A stretch of DNA of 55,357 nucleotides, filler included, from Bipalium vagum (Eukaryota): assembly GCA_037834085.1 (NCBI GenBank). It is 3 parts of 3 records of this genome, joined end to end, with 100 filler letters (N's around TTAATTAATTAA, not from the genome) between each part and the next. Parts side by side here need not be neighbours in the genome. Positions count along the whole stretch, not along the records: positions 15,828 to 37,951 come from JBBMKC010226658.1; positions 38,052 to 55,357 come from JBBMKC010072028.1; 1 more part is not named here. One strand, given 5' to 3'. Below the pieces are notes generated by a model, which did not search any database, was not told where the DNA came from, and saw nothing but the letters and a program-made list of their open reading frames with translations. Made by a program: the position numbers and the translations under genes. This document shows positions 34,741-46,022 of this stretch, in pieces; position 1 is the stretch's first letter, and every line of letters starts with the position of its first letter.

Positions 34741-36152
34741 TTTGTGTATTCATGAAAAATATTTCCTGTAATTTTTTGGCCGGAATTTATTAAAAATAAA
34801 GATTTGTATCACTTTAAAGTTTCTACAGGAACAACCCCAGTTTCTAAATGTTTATAATTTTCGAATGTTTTTCATAATAAAATGTTTAGTTGTATAAAAA
34901 TTAGAAAATGTCTAATATAATCGAGATCAATTACTGATTCCATATTACATTTAAAACCGTTTGAAGATTCTACCCAATAATCGTTAAATCCTGATGATAA
35001 AAATGTTTTCTGACTCGATATAAAACCTTTTTGACTACAAAGGATTTGTGAAACAATTAACTTGTAACTGAAATACCTAAACATTTACAAGGTAAGATTT
35101 TCTTCAAAGTTTCTTCTTCCACTTCACCGAGATTGCGTTTTCACCCTTTTACTAATTAAAGTACTTATTAGCTTTAATTTTCTGGCTAAGTAAATTGATT
35201 TATTGACTTATTATTATGGTTAACTTGAAACTGTAAAGTTCCTTTCGATTCTCAATTCTAAAATCTTATGCTCCATTGGTTACACCCGGATTTCGAACTA
35301 TTCGGTTCTCCTTTCACCTTGTTAAAGTGTTCCTGTTGAAAGGAAAGCAACAAAGCATTTAGGTAAAATAAAAACATTAAATGTTAATAACCTCAGTAAA
35401 ACTCAACGTTGATGTAGGATTTTTGTTTCTCCTTGATATTAGAAGTTGGATTTCCGGTCAACTTATACTTTCCAGTTTACAATTTTGTTTCAAAGTCGAT
35501 ATCAACATCATAATCCTGGTCTAAGACTTTTTTCACTTAGAAAGATGAGGCTTGAAAATTTGTTTATTGATGTTTTTGGTCCCTTTTTTTATTTATTTTG
35601 ATGAAAAAGAGTGATAATATAAAATATTGAGAATGTTAATTTTTTAAGGTAATAGTTTTAATGGCAACAAGATTTCTAATCTCTAAGTTATTAAATTAGA
35701 TATTAAACATTTTTGAAGCTAAAACCAGTCGTCATAAGCAATTGGTTCATTGTCACTGTAATAATAAATATAATGTCATTAAACGAAGATTTCCTCTAAC
35801 TTACAAAGGAGTCTTTTGTTGAGGAGTTAGATTATTCTCATACTCAGCAGAGTATTCCACTCACCCGATACATTCACCCTAATAATAAAGATTTGCACCT
35901 TATAGAAAATGGAAGTTGCACTGATTTGATACGACTATTATAAAAATAACAAATATTATTATATTTTTCTTTATTTTTTTATATTTAATTATTGAGATAA
36001 TAGAAAAATGGTAAGAATCAACGAGTAATAAAAATATAAAAAGAATATTATATTTTAAGCAACAGGATTTCCTTTGTAAACTATTTCAACAGGTCATAAT
36101 CACTCTTTACATTAATGGAGTTAAAAAAAGTACTGATTTTAAATATAAACAT

Positions 36153-36956
36153 TTAAGAGTTAAACCACGAATGTTCTCGTATGTCTTTCCATTTAATTCT
36201 TTCTCTAGGTGCTTTTCTAACACATTTATCAATTAAATCACGAACTTCAATAGAACACCTCAAAAATTTTGCACCTTCAAAGGTTCTTGTTGATGGGTTA
36301 TTTTTCAGAAAAAATCTACCCTCGATGCAGCTAAATAATGTGCAACCAAAAGAAAATGCTTGACATTCTAAAATATTTTTCATTCCTGTTTCCAACATTT
36401 CTGGAGAACAATACCCAACCGTGCCAATGCACAAGTTGGTCTCGGGATTTTCAACATTGGGAAAATATAAAATATCCTCAAAATCGATTAATTTGACCTG
36501 ATAATTTTTTACATTGACCATAACATTTTCCGGCTTTAAGTCCATATAGTAAAACCCTCTCAAAACCAGTTTTTCCATCAGTTCTAATAAATTCCGGATA
36601 ATCTTCTTCAAACGAAACTCACTAACGCCAATTTCCGTGTATCTAAAAAGATCAGTCCAATCTCCGGAAATCTTCTCAAGTACTAAACTAAAGACTTTTT
36701 CTGTCTCAAAATGATCTAAAACTTGAGGACAGATATTCTGATCATCTATAAGCTGTATGTAAAATAACTCTTTCGGAATAAATGTACTTAATATGCCACT
36801 TTCTACAAAATAGTTTTTATGACTTTTATCAAATTCTTTTATGATGACGACCTTATGTTGAACGTTCTTATTAGTGATATTTCTGGCTGTATAGACAGAA
36901 CCATTTGGTTTACATGATAAGGTATCAATATAAATGTAGTCTGAAGAAATTTGCAT
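36153..36956 (-). CDS. Intronless divergent PIM-like Ser/Thr kinase, 267 aa
   Basis: First ATG at 36956 (the ORF-track start at 36977 is TTG). Motifs VIIK, IPKE, LVLEK..DLFRY, YMDLKPEN, KLIDFE, GTVGYCSPE, DLIDKC..PRERI..IREHSWF. Overall layout is PIM-like (VPME, LILER..DLFDF, HPW). Confidence 0.85.
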   Translation of the reverse strand: MQISSDYIYIDTLSCKPNGSVYTARNITNKNVQHKVVIIKEFDKSHKNYFVESGILSTFIPKELFYIQLIDDQNICPQVLDHFETEKVFSLVLEKISGDWTDLFRYTEIGVSEFRLKKIIRNLLELMEKLVLRGFYYMDLKPENVMVNVKNYQVKLIDFEDILYFPNVENPETNLCIGTVGYCSPEMLETGMKNILECQAFSFGCTLFSCIEGRFFLKNNPSTRTFEGAKFLRCSIEVRDLIDKCVRKAPRERIKWKDIREHSWFNS

Positions 36957-37840
36957 TGTTAATTTTTTAAAGTTCAATTTTCAAGCAAATAAATCAGATA
37001 AGTTTTTAATTAATTTTTTATTAATAAAAGATATATAAACAAAATTAATTAAAATAATTTTAAATTCTTAAAGTAATTATTTATAATATTTTCAATTTAA
37101 TAAATATTAATAACCTATTCTAAATTCTATAAAATATTGTTCATTTTCCAAGCTCATTTTTATAATTATATTTTATAATGGATGTATTAATTAAATTAAT
37201 TAATTAATATTAATTTTTAAAATATTTACAAATTTAAACAAATATTAACTAAGTTTCACTTACAGTATCACTGAATATTTTTAGGTAAATCTAAACAATG
37301 AATAATTTAATCTAAATGTAAACTAATTTGAAATTAGATTATTATTAAATTTATATTCTGATTATTATTCTTAAACAAATTAATAAATATATTAATATTT
37401 TATTTTAAGAATTTAATATATTTTTTGATTTTAGATAAATATTATATCTAAATATAAAGATCATTTTTTAAATAATATATAAATTTTATGGAAAACAGGA
37501 ACAATTTTTGAAATAGTAATAAAATAATTCTTTGTACTTATGATTATATTTAAAACTATTTAATTAAAACAGGAATAGCAGGAATAAACCATTGACAGAG
37601 AATGAAGTTAACTTAAAAATTAAATAAATGTATAATTATATAGATTTTGCTTTATTTTATGAATGTTAGTTGAAAATTAATTGGAGATACCGAGATTCAA
37701 ACGAACAAAATTGTATTATTACAAGATTTTACATATAATTGAACATAAATCATCAGCACATTGCCGTGAGCCTAGTATGTCATTTTTTTACAAAATAAAA
37801 TTTTAAAAAGGTTTATCACATAACTTAGGATTGTTAACTA

Positions 37841-37951
37841 TACTCACGGAAAAAATAAGAAGCACCCTAAAATCAAAAAATTTATTATGAATACAAACAT
37901 GCAATACATATCTATACATAAAAATTAGTAATGAGTATGGCCACCTTTCTT
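37841..37951 (-). mobile_element. 3' end of a Tc1-like element truncated by the spacer
   Basis: Minus strand KGGHTHY* (Tc1 C-terminus) and TIR-like TACTCACGGAAAAAATAAGAAGCACC. Confidence 0.7.
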
Positions 37952-38051
37952 NNNNNNNNNNNNNNNNNNNNNNNNNNNNNNNNNNNNNNNNNNNNTTAAT
38001 TAATTAANNNNNNNNNNNNNNNNNNNNNNNNNNNNNNNNNNNNNNNNNNNN
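37952..38051. other. Artificial 100-nt scaffold spacer N44-TTAATTAATTAA-N44
   Basis: Identical to 15728-15827. Confidence 0.95.
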
Positions 38052-38899
38052 TTAAAATAATTGATAATTCAATAATAAAAACAAATATTTAAAATTTTTC
38101 AAAATGTGAAATTTTTAGACCATATTATGCAAAAAAACGTGACTTAAGAGCATATAAATTAATGCACAGCTTGCTATGATCATAATAAATAAAAAAAGTC
38201 AAAAAAAGACAAGTTAATAATTAATGTTCTTATGTTTAACAAAAGTATCAAAAACGGACAATCATTTCTGAACAGAGGTAGTATTCTTTGTGTTTTCTGA
38301 AATCTTTTTAAATTTTGGTTAAAATATTTATTTTTTCTAAAATATGTAATTATTTCCATCTTTAAACACTTCGTGGTTTTTTGAATGAAATCCTTTTTAT
38401 TTTTATTATTTGATTGGTGCAAATTGTTTTTTTGATCTTTAGTATAAAATTTTATGACTATAATATAAATAATATTCATCAAGAAAAGTCTCTATGTATA
38501 AGCTAAAAGATAATAATAATACTTACAAAAATATTATATGATATATAATAATGAAATTTTACATTTGAAAGTTGATGTACAAAATAAGAAAATGGCATGT
38601 CAAAATTTTTATATTGAAAGACAATTATGGAAAAAAAAGCTCAATTAGAAAATGACATGACAGACCAGAAAATTGCAATTTGTTTATTAAATTTATTTTA
38701 ATTCACCTTTTTATAGTCAATGTTGGGAACCCGTGGAACCAAACATTTTGCCCAAATTATAGAGGATTCATGAAAACAAAAGTCAATATTTAATTTTTAA
38801 TTGTTTTTAAATAAAAGGATTAACTTAAGCAGGTGCCCAAATTAACATGTTTCGCTGCTTAATTTTTATCTGTAACGCTTCATTAATTTTAAAATGAAA

Positions 38900-39253
38900 A
38901 TGTTTTTAAAATGACCACATACATATGTTAAGATAAACGTGAAGTATTCAATTAAAGGATAAAATGTTAGAAGATGTTTGCAAAGTTTCGTTTTGGTGAT
39001 ATCAGATTTAAAAACGGTTTTTGTGAAGAGCCCCTACGGTTTATATTGAAGAAATCATTGTACTAATTTAAATAGATTCCCATTTAAGAAGGGAACTTAG
39101 AATTTAAGGATTGGGTTATGAAGCTATCTCATAGAAGGCAGTTTACTATAGAAAACAATATTCAGTATCTAACCAATTAATATTTGAATGAAAAACAACA
39201 CTTACAATTATATTTTATGAAAATCGGTAAAATGTTACACATCAACCCAATAT
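38900..39253 (+). mobile_element. Highly decayed mariner fragment
   Basis: FAKFRFGDI (about 38977-39003) and TIR-like end ACACATCAACCCAATA. Confidence 0.5.
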
Positions 39254-39699
39254 TTTTTTCATTAATAATAATTATTCATACCTAATGAAAAAAATTCCTA
39301 ACATGTCACGTCAACGATTAGTTTATTAGGAAAAGCGTAATTTAATTGCTTCTTCCAAAACATTTCTAATGTTTACATGAGCATTAATAAATTAAATTTG
39401 GTTTAAGATTAATTAAAAATTTCGGAATACTTTACAACATAAAACTTTTTTTAGTTAACAAACTCAACATTGAAAATAGAACTCAGTGAAAATAAGAAGT
39501 ATCTTTCATCTTTAATTTAAAATATCATTTATATCTTTTTAAAAACCGTAATATAAGATAATGTCAAATTACAGGGTTTGCAGAGTACATTAACGAATTT
39601 CTAACTTAAATTAGCGAGAGAAAAATTTAAAGAACTACAATTTGTATAAAACATACAAGATAGGACAAGTTTTATTTAAAAATATTCTTTCCTTATCTA

Positions 39700-40320
39700 T
39701 TTCAAAACAAATAGTTAGTCTTACATGCTGAAAACATGCGTAAAAACCTTCAGGAGTTATCAGACTCACAGAATAATTGATATATCCACACAGCTCGTTA
39801 ATTGTGGTTGGATTACGTTTCGCGATATGTTTTTACTTGATAAACGTTTCTTCGATTGGATTTAATTTTTGAGAATAGAGAGGTAGAAATAAACGCTCAA
39901 ATTCATTCTTCATTATGAAATTTCGTTGTTCATCACATTTATGAACAAATATATTATCAATTATAATTTGTCCAAAGAATACACTAGAATTATGTAAGAT
40001 ATTAACAAGCTCCCCTAGGAAATCCACCAATTTTAATGTGTTAAAAGTGGTATTACTTGCTTTAAATTGTTGAAAATCTTTTTTCAATAGAGCTGAAATA
40101 TTAAAATGTTCTTGGATCGTACTTATCTACTAGACTTTCTACTATGAGCCCCAAAAGGCTCACCACAATGAATTCGCTCACTTACACCAAATTCATTCAG
40201 AAAAATTAAATTATTTTCAACTAGCACCATATATTTGCTACAATATAACTCATCGGTGTTAATACATGGCTGTGTATCGTGCCTCTTGAACAAATTATAC
40301 GTTTTTGTCTAGGTGTAAAC
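39700..40320 (-). mobile_element. IS630-like/Tc1 (DDE_3) transposase pseudogene
   Basis: IFLNEFGV, VRSKNIS, IIIDNIFVHK, LFLPLYSQKLNPIEETFIK*K match IFxDExG, IMDNxxxHK and FLPPYSPxLNPIExxFSKWK. Confidence 0.8.
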
Positions 40321-40329
40321 AGTTTCTTC

Positions 40330-40975
40330 AACGGAAAAGATTGAAAGGTTACAGCGATGAAAATTGGATTTATCAATTTAATCCAAAGCGTGAAATGCCA
40401 TGAAGACCATGCGTCTATATCGACAATTAAACTAAATATTAATGGTCAAAAGCTCATCCTGTGTATTTGGTGGGACCAGCTTGGTGTCATATATTATAAG
40501 CTGTTGAAAAATTTTGGAGGATTAGTATCGAGATCAATTGATGTTTTTAATCCAAATATTAAGTGATAAACGACCATATTATACAGACAGGAATGATAAA
40601 GTCATTCTGCAGTATGACAATGCTTGACCACATATTTTGAAAACGGTTACAACATTCTTGGAAACACTCAAGTGGAAAATTCTAGCACGCACCAGCCGAA
40701 TTCGACCGATGTTGTCCCACAAAGATTATCACCTGTTCGTTCCATGGCCTGGCTGACCATCATTTCCGATCTTAGGTGATACCAGAGAGGGGCTCAAATC
40801 TTAAATCTCCTCGAAAAGTCCGGATCGAAATCGGTACCTTTTCTGGAATATAGGAGAAAGTATTTGCAAAAATGGAAAATAGTTCGATGAATGAATGCGT
40901 CTATTTTCATAATAAAGTTTATTTATTTTAATTATTTCTCTTAGTTATTTATTTTAAAAATCCTGAAACTTATTC
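40330..40975 (+). mobile_element. mariner (Mos1/mauritiana-like) catalytic-domain pseudogene
   Basis: GQKLILCIWWDQLGVIYYKLLK, RNDKVILQYDNA*PH, FLETLKWKIL, DYHLF. Confidence 0.9.
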
Positions 40976-43089
40976 ACATAAAATGCTAATTTGTAAATCC
41001 CCGATAGGAACAAGTTTGAAGGGGCCTAGGTCAGCTATTATTTTGCACAGATAACAGGTGATTTTCATAAACGTTTGGTATGTGCATAAATATGTCAAGG
41101 CATTTGATTGTCAAACTATTATTTTTTTTCATAAATTTATTAAATGAGACTATAAGCAATAAAATAACAATAAGCCAATCATCTGAACACGATATCTATT
41201 TTAAAAAAATATTTAAGTAAAAAATTATTCATAATTTACTTAATTTAATTTACTTAATTAATTTAATTTACTTAATTAATTTAATTTAATTAATTAATTT
41301 AATTACTTTATTTAACCATTTTCTACATCTTACTAATATATTTGGTCATTTTCGGACGTTCAGAACACCAACTTATCAGAAATCAATTCTTTTTTTCTAT
41401 TTATGATAGTTAATATGAAGGATATTTTCTTTTTTTTATTTTGTTAATAAACATAAATCAATTTCTCTAACACAATATTGTTTAATAAAAAATTAAATTA
41501 AAAAAAGTTTCTTTTTCTAATTAGTTATTCCTTACTTACACCAAACGAAATTTCTCATTCACTCACTTATTTGCTACTGACAAAATTAACATGGAAATCA
41601 TAGTATGATTGAAGTTGTTAATTAGCTTTTTGAATTTATTTTATTTTTTATTTTATTTATTTTATTAACAATAGGTATTTCTGACAAAGTTTTGTTAATA
41701 GTGAAACGAAATCATATTTAATGAAAATTGTAAAAAATATTATTATTTAGTACAATAAGGGTCATTTACGTTACACAGATAATCACATTTCCGGGATGCG
41801 TATGTTATTTCTTCTCTATTGAATATTTCGAAAATTTTGTTGGAAGAAAATGAAAAAATATTTATCAACGTTTATTTAAAAATTATTTAATTTTTAGCAC
41901 TAAAAATAAAAATTTTCTAATTAATAATTATTTTATATCATCGGAAATCTTTCAACTTTGTTCAATAAAAAAAATGACGGTCGATAAAATAAAAAAATAT
42001 TCCTGAGATAAATACATTTATTTATTTTCTCTTTTTGTTTATCTGGAAATGAGAGTTTGTTGTTTTAAAGAAAGGGTTCATAGTCAAAACAATAATAATT
42101 CTATTAATTTCGATATCACTGGTTGGTGAGAATAGTAATTTAATTTATTAATTTGACGAATAATTTTTCGCAAATCATCTGAGCATTTGCAAAAATATTA
42201 TTATTTTGATTAATTTTAGGTAATATAATAAAATATTTATTAATTATTTCAAAAATTGTCATTAACAATGTTCAATTATTTATATTATTATAACAATTGT
42301 CGGATGTTTCTCTATAACATATAATATAAAAAAGGTTATGTTAACCTGCTTGTATAGATATGATTCTTTGGTATATTATAAAACCTTAACAATTAAAGGA
42401 AATAAATTTTTAAGATTTTTATAATTCTCAATGTAAATTACAGTCGAAATATATATTTTTATTATTTTATAATTTAAAAACATATTTTTATTTTATAAAT
42501 TTAATTTGTAACAAGTATATTAAATGAAAAATTAGAATACTTTAAAAAATAATTCCAACTAATTTATAATTTATCTCTCACTCTATTTTTTATATATTAT
42601 TTTTATTATTTTATTTTCTATATATTAAAAATATAAAAAATAATATTCTTCGATATAAATAATAATAAAGTTAAAATAATTTAACCTTCGTGAAAATTAA
42701 TCTGATAAAATACAGAGACACTGTGAGAGCAGAATATATATCATTAGTTAGTAATAGACATATAAAGATCAGAGGTGAAAAGTGTCAAAAATTGAAAGAA
42801 TATATGCAACATCAAAAGAATATTTACATTACTTAGTTATTATAAACAATCATGACATCTTCATAGGAACGAAAAATCTGATTCGGAAATTTGGGCATCA
42901 TAATTTTCATAAATTGATCCTATTAAAGAAAATAGTAAAACGCGATGTTTCCCATGGATAATCATCTATATCAATTTTAAATCTGCTTTTATCTGGTTTC
43001 TCAAAAGTTGCTATACGACAATGAACGATTTTGTCTTGAAGCAGGAAACAAATAGAATCTAATAGTGTGAGAAAAATAGAAAAACAAGA

Positions 43090-44226
43090 TGACACAACTG
43101 AATTTTTAGTGATAACTTTTGATTTGAGTTTTATGACATGAAAGGTGACCGCTGGACCAAAATCGACCTCTGTTTCCTACTATGCAATTTGGACCATCGC
43201 TTATGATATGAAGTTCCATTAATTCTACAGGCAAGTCGAACCTGAGTTTTATAAAAGGCACCGTTAACAGCAAAAATATCAGATAATATTATCAAAGATT
43301 GAAGACTCATTATTAACTCTTCAACCAAAGTCATTCATCTTTTATCAAGATGATGAAACAACTTATATTCTCAAAATTCACCTCTGATTCCTTACAGAAG
43401 AACAGGCTGGTGATATCTTTATGGCCAACTAATTCCACTGGCCTTAATTATTTTGAAAATCTTCGAAGATTAATGAAAAATGAAATTAGAAAAAGAAAAC
43501 CACAAGATATGAATAATTTAAATATCTTCATTAAAACTATGAAACCTTTAATTCAAAGCATGGAAACAAGACCTGAAAGTTGTATTGCAAAAGAAACGAG
43601 GACGCTATATACACCCTTGAGCAAATTAATTGAAACAATAAATAAAAATATATTAAAAATGAATTTTTGGTAACTAAAATTGTACAGTGTATTTCTATGT
43701 TTAAATAACATTTCATTTTTTGCTTTGACGCAGTAAGAATGCATCCTTTCTTCCAGTGGTTTTCTTTTTACGACCACATCTACCTTGGCGTTTGGGAGAA
43801 AGCGATCCAGTATCTTGTTTCAACTTGATGAAACGGCTGACAGTTGCAAGACAAACACCAGCAATTGGAGCAATACCTCAAAATATTTTTGATGTGCGTT
43901 CTTGTAAAGGTATGATCTACGTTCGTTTGCTGGGTGTAATATGGATTTTGAATCACGATTGACTTATAATTATTTTAAGTTAATAATCAATACTTTTTAA
44001 GAAAAAAGGTAATATCGACTAGCTTAAGGATTTTATCAGTCATTGGCGTTATAATATATGTATATAATTCAAAATTGTCTATTTGTAGTAAGAGGAATAA
44101 GATTTTTGTTTTAAAAAGTTTTGTTTCAATTAATTTGTACAAGGATGTATTTATAACGATTTTTTTCTATGAAATTTTCAATAAATTAATATTTTCTAAA
44201 TCCATCTACTTTTGAGACGATCTATA
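43090..44226 (+). mobile_element. Tc1-like transposase remnant, host of a nested insertion
   Basis: PTMQFGPSLMI*SSINSTG..FIKGTVNSK, LWPTNSTGLNYFENL..MKNEIRKRKPQ, LIQSMETRPESCIA. A 3' tail appears to resume after 44149. Confidence 0.75.
43612..44147 (-). mobile_element. Non-autonomous Tc1 deletion derivative (536 bp) nested in the preceding Tc1
   Basis: TIRs CACCCTTGAGCAAATTAATTGAAACAA / TTGTTTCAATTAATTTGTACAAGGATG (3 mismatches) with TA on both sides. Minus-strand HTH IAGVCLATVSRFIKLKQDTGSLSPKRQGRCGRKKKTT. Confidence 0.88.
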
Positions 44227-45059
44227 ATTTGTATATAAATCACTTTTTAATTTTTTCTATTTTATTTAACATAATATTATCATTTTTACATTAACTAATT
44301 AAAGATTAATTGTCAACAATAAATTACGATTTTATTTTATTTTCTATACTAATTTTATGCATTAATTAATTAAGATCAATATCTAGACTAAGAATATAAT
44401 TGATGAGGTATTTGTAATGTCTTTTGTTTAAATGTAGACGGGAAATTACATAATAAATTATAATTTTTTAATTCTTGATTTACAAATAGTCTATCATTTA
44501 TGATGATAAGAAATAATTCACAAAAAATATTTTATTCATAGTTTTTAATCTATGTGAACTGATTTTAATTATCAATTATTTTATTTTAATTAATTGATTT
44601 AATCTTTAAATTAATTAACTAATTTCACCCGATCATTCCTAATAGATTACATTATTTTTCAATCAAATCACTCGATATTAATTTTTATAAGTGGAGATAT
44701 TTAACACAATTTTTATTTAATGAGAGATTTTCTAAGATATAATTTCAATTTCAAGGTTCAGCCTTTTAAAATCAATAAAGAAATAATTTAAAGACCTATT
44801 TATTGATATTATAAATATTCTTTTTGCAATTAATATATTATTCTAATATAATATTCTTTTTAAAAATTAATATTATATAAGCTTAAGATTATATATTATA
44901 TATAATATTTTTATATTCAAATAATTTATTAAGTTCTTAAAATTATTTCGAAATTATTAAACTAAAATATTGATTCATATAAACAACATTGTAATTAAAA
45001 CAAAATATGATTAAGAATTATTTAGAAAATACAATAAATTTATATAAAATAATATATAA

Positions 45060-45425
45060 AGACATTTAGGGTAGGACAGGTATCGGAAAGAAGGCAACGC
45101 CAACAAACTAACTGAATCTGAACGTCCTTCAAAAATTGCAACAAGATAAAAATTATCTTCGGTTGAAAATAAGTTAAAAATCTTTATTCTTTAATATTTC
45201 TGGAAAATATTGAAGAATAAACCAGCACCTTGAAAGACAAAAATAGTTTCAATATTTTTGAACAAGAAACAGCCTTGTGTCACTGAACATTAACCATAAT
45301 TTCCTTATCATTATCTCTCAGCTATTTTCTGGTCAGATATCTGTCATTGACAAGGTAAGGCATGTTATACGATGCTGTCCCAGCCAATCAAACATCAGTA
45401 ACGCAACCCTTCAGCAAAATTTCTG
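45060..45425 (-). mobile_element. Probable hAT transposase remnant
   Basis: Minus strand CVTDV*..WDS..YNM (cf. DVxTRWNSxYxM) and, downstream, EDNFILLQFLK..LSDTCPTLN (cf. LSxExYPTL). Confidence 0.45.
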
Positions 45426-46008
45426 AAAAAGACAATAAATCTATTGTCGCATTGAATTCAAAGGAAAATAATAATTGAATAAATAAAAAAATTCAAACAA
45501 TGTCACAAAAATAATTCATTACAATTATTTATTCACTATTTAATTCTTATTTACTTTTCAACATACTTTTCAATTATAATTTTATATTATTTTTATATTA
45601 CAATATTAGTGAAAGAAATTTTAAAATAGAAATAAAATATTAAAACTGAATAATTTATTTTTAATCAAGTTAAAATACGTTTGAAATAAGAAACCAATAC
45701 GAAATCAAACAATGGAAATACATATAAAAGTATGGGAGATGAACAAATTTTATTATAATTTTATTACTAAGCAAATATTTGAAAAATTTTAAACAATTTT
45801 AATTTTATATTAAGTTTGGAAATTTTTTCCAAATTATTATGTACAACAATATAAAGTTGACATTTTAATTATTTGTCTTGAATTTAACATTTAAAATTCA
45901 TAAGAGAAACTATTTCCAAAGTCTGTTTTGATCTCCAGTCTCTGTTTGCAATGTTATAATTTTCATTTTTTGATTTCTCCTTAATTTGATCTATGTTAAA
46001 TATTTTCC

Positions 46009-46022
46009 GTCTCCATGGCAAC
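46009..46022. promoter_or_regulatory. Perfect RFX/DAF-19 X-box motif
   Basis: GTCTCCATGGCAAC matches GTHNYY-AT-RRNAAC. No target gene was identified nearby. Confidence 0.3.

Noticed and set aside
35276-35300. B-box/T-loop-like GTTCGAAATCC on the minus strand
   Set aside because: No cloverleaf and no A-box upstream.
37681-37705. tRNA-like 3' end on the minus strand (TTGAATCTCGGTATCTCCA)
   Set aside because: No D-arm, anticodon arm or matching acceptor stem.
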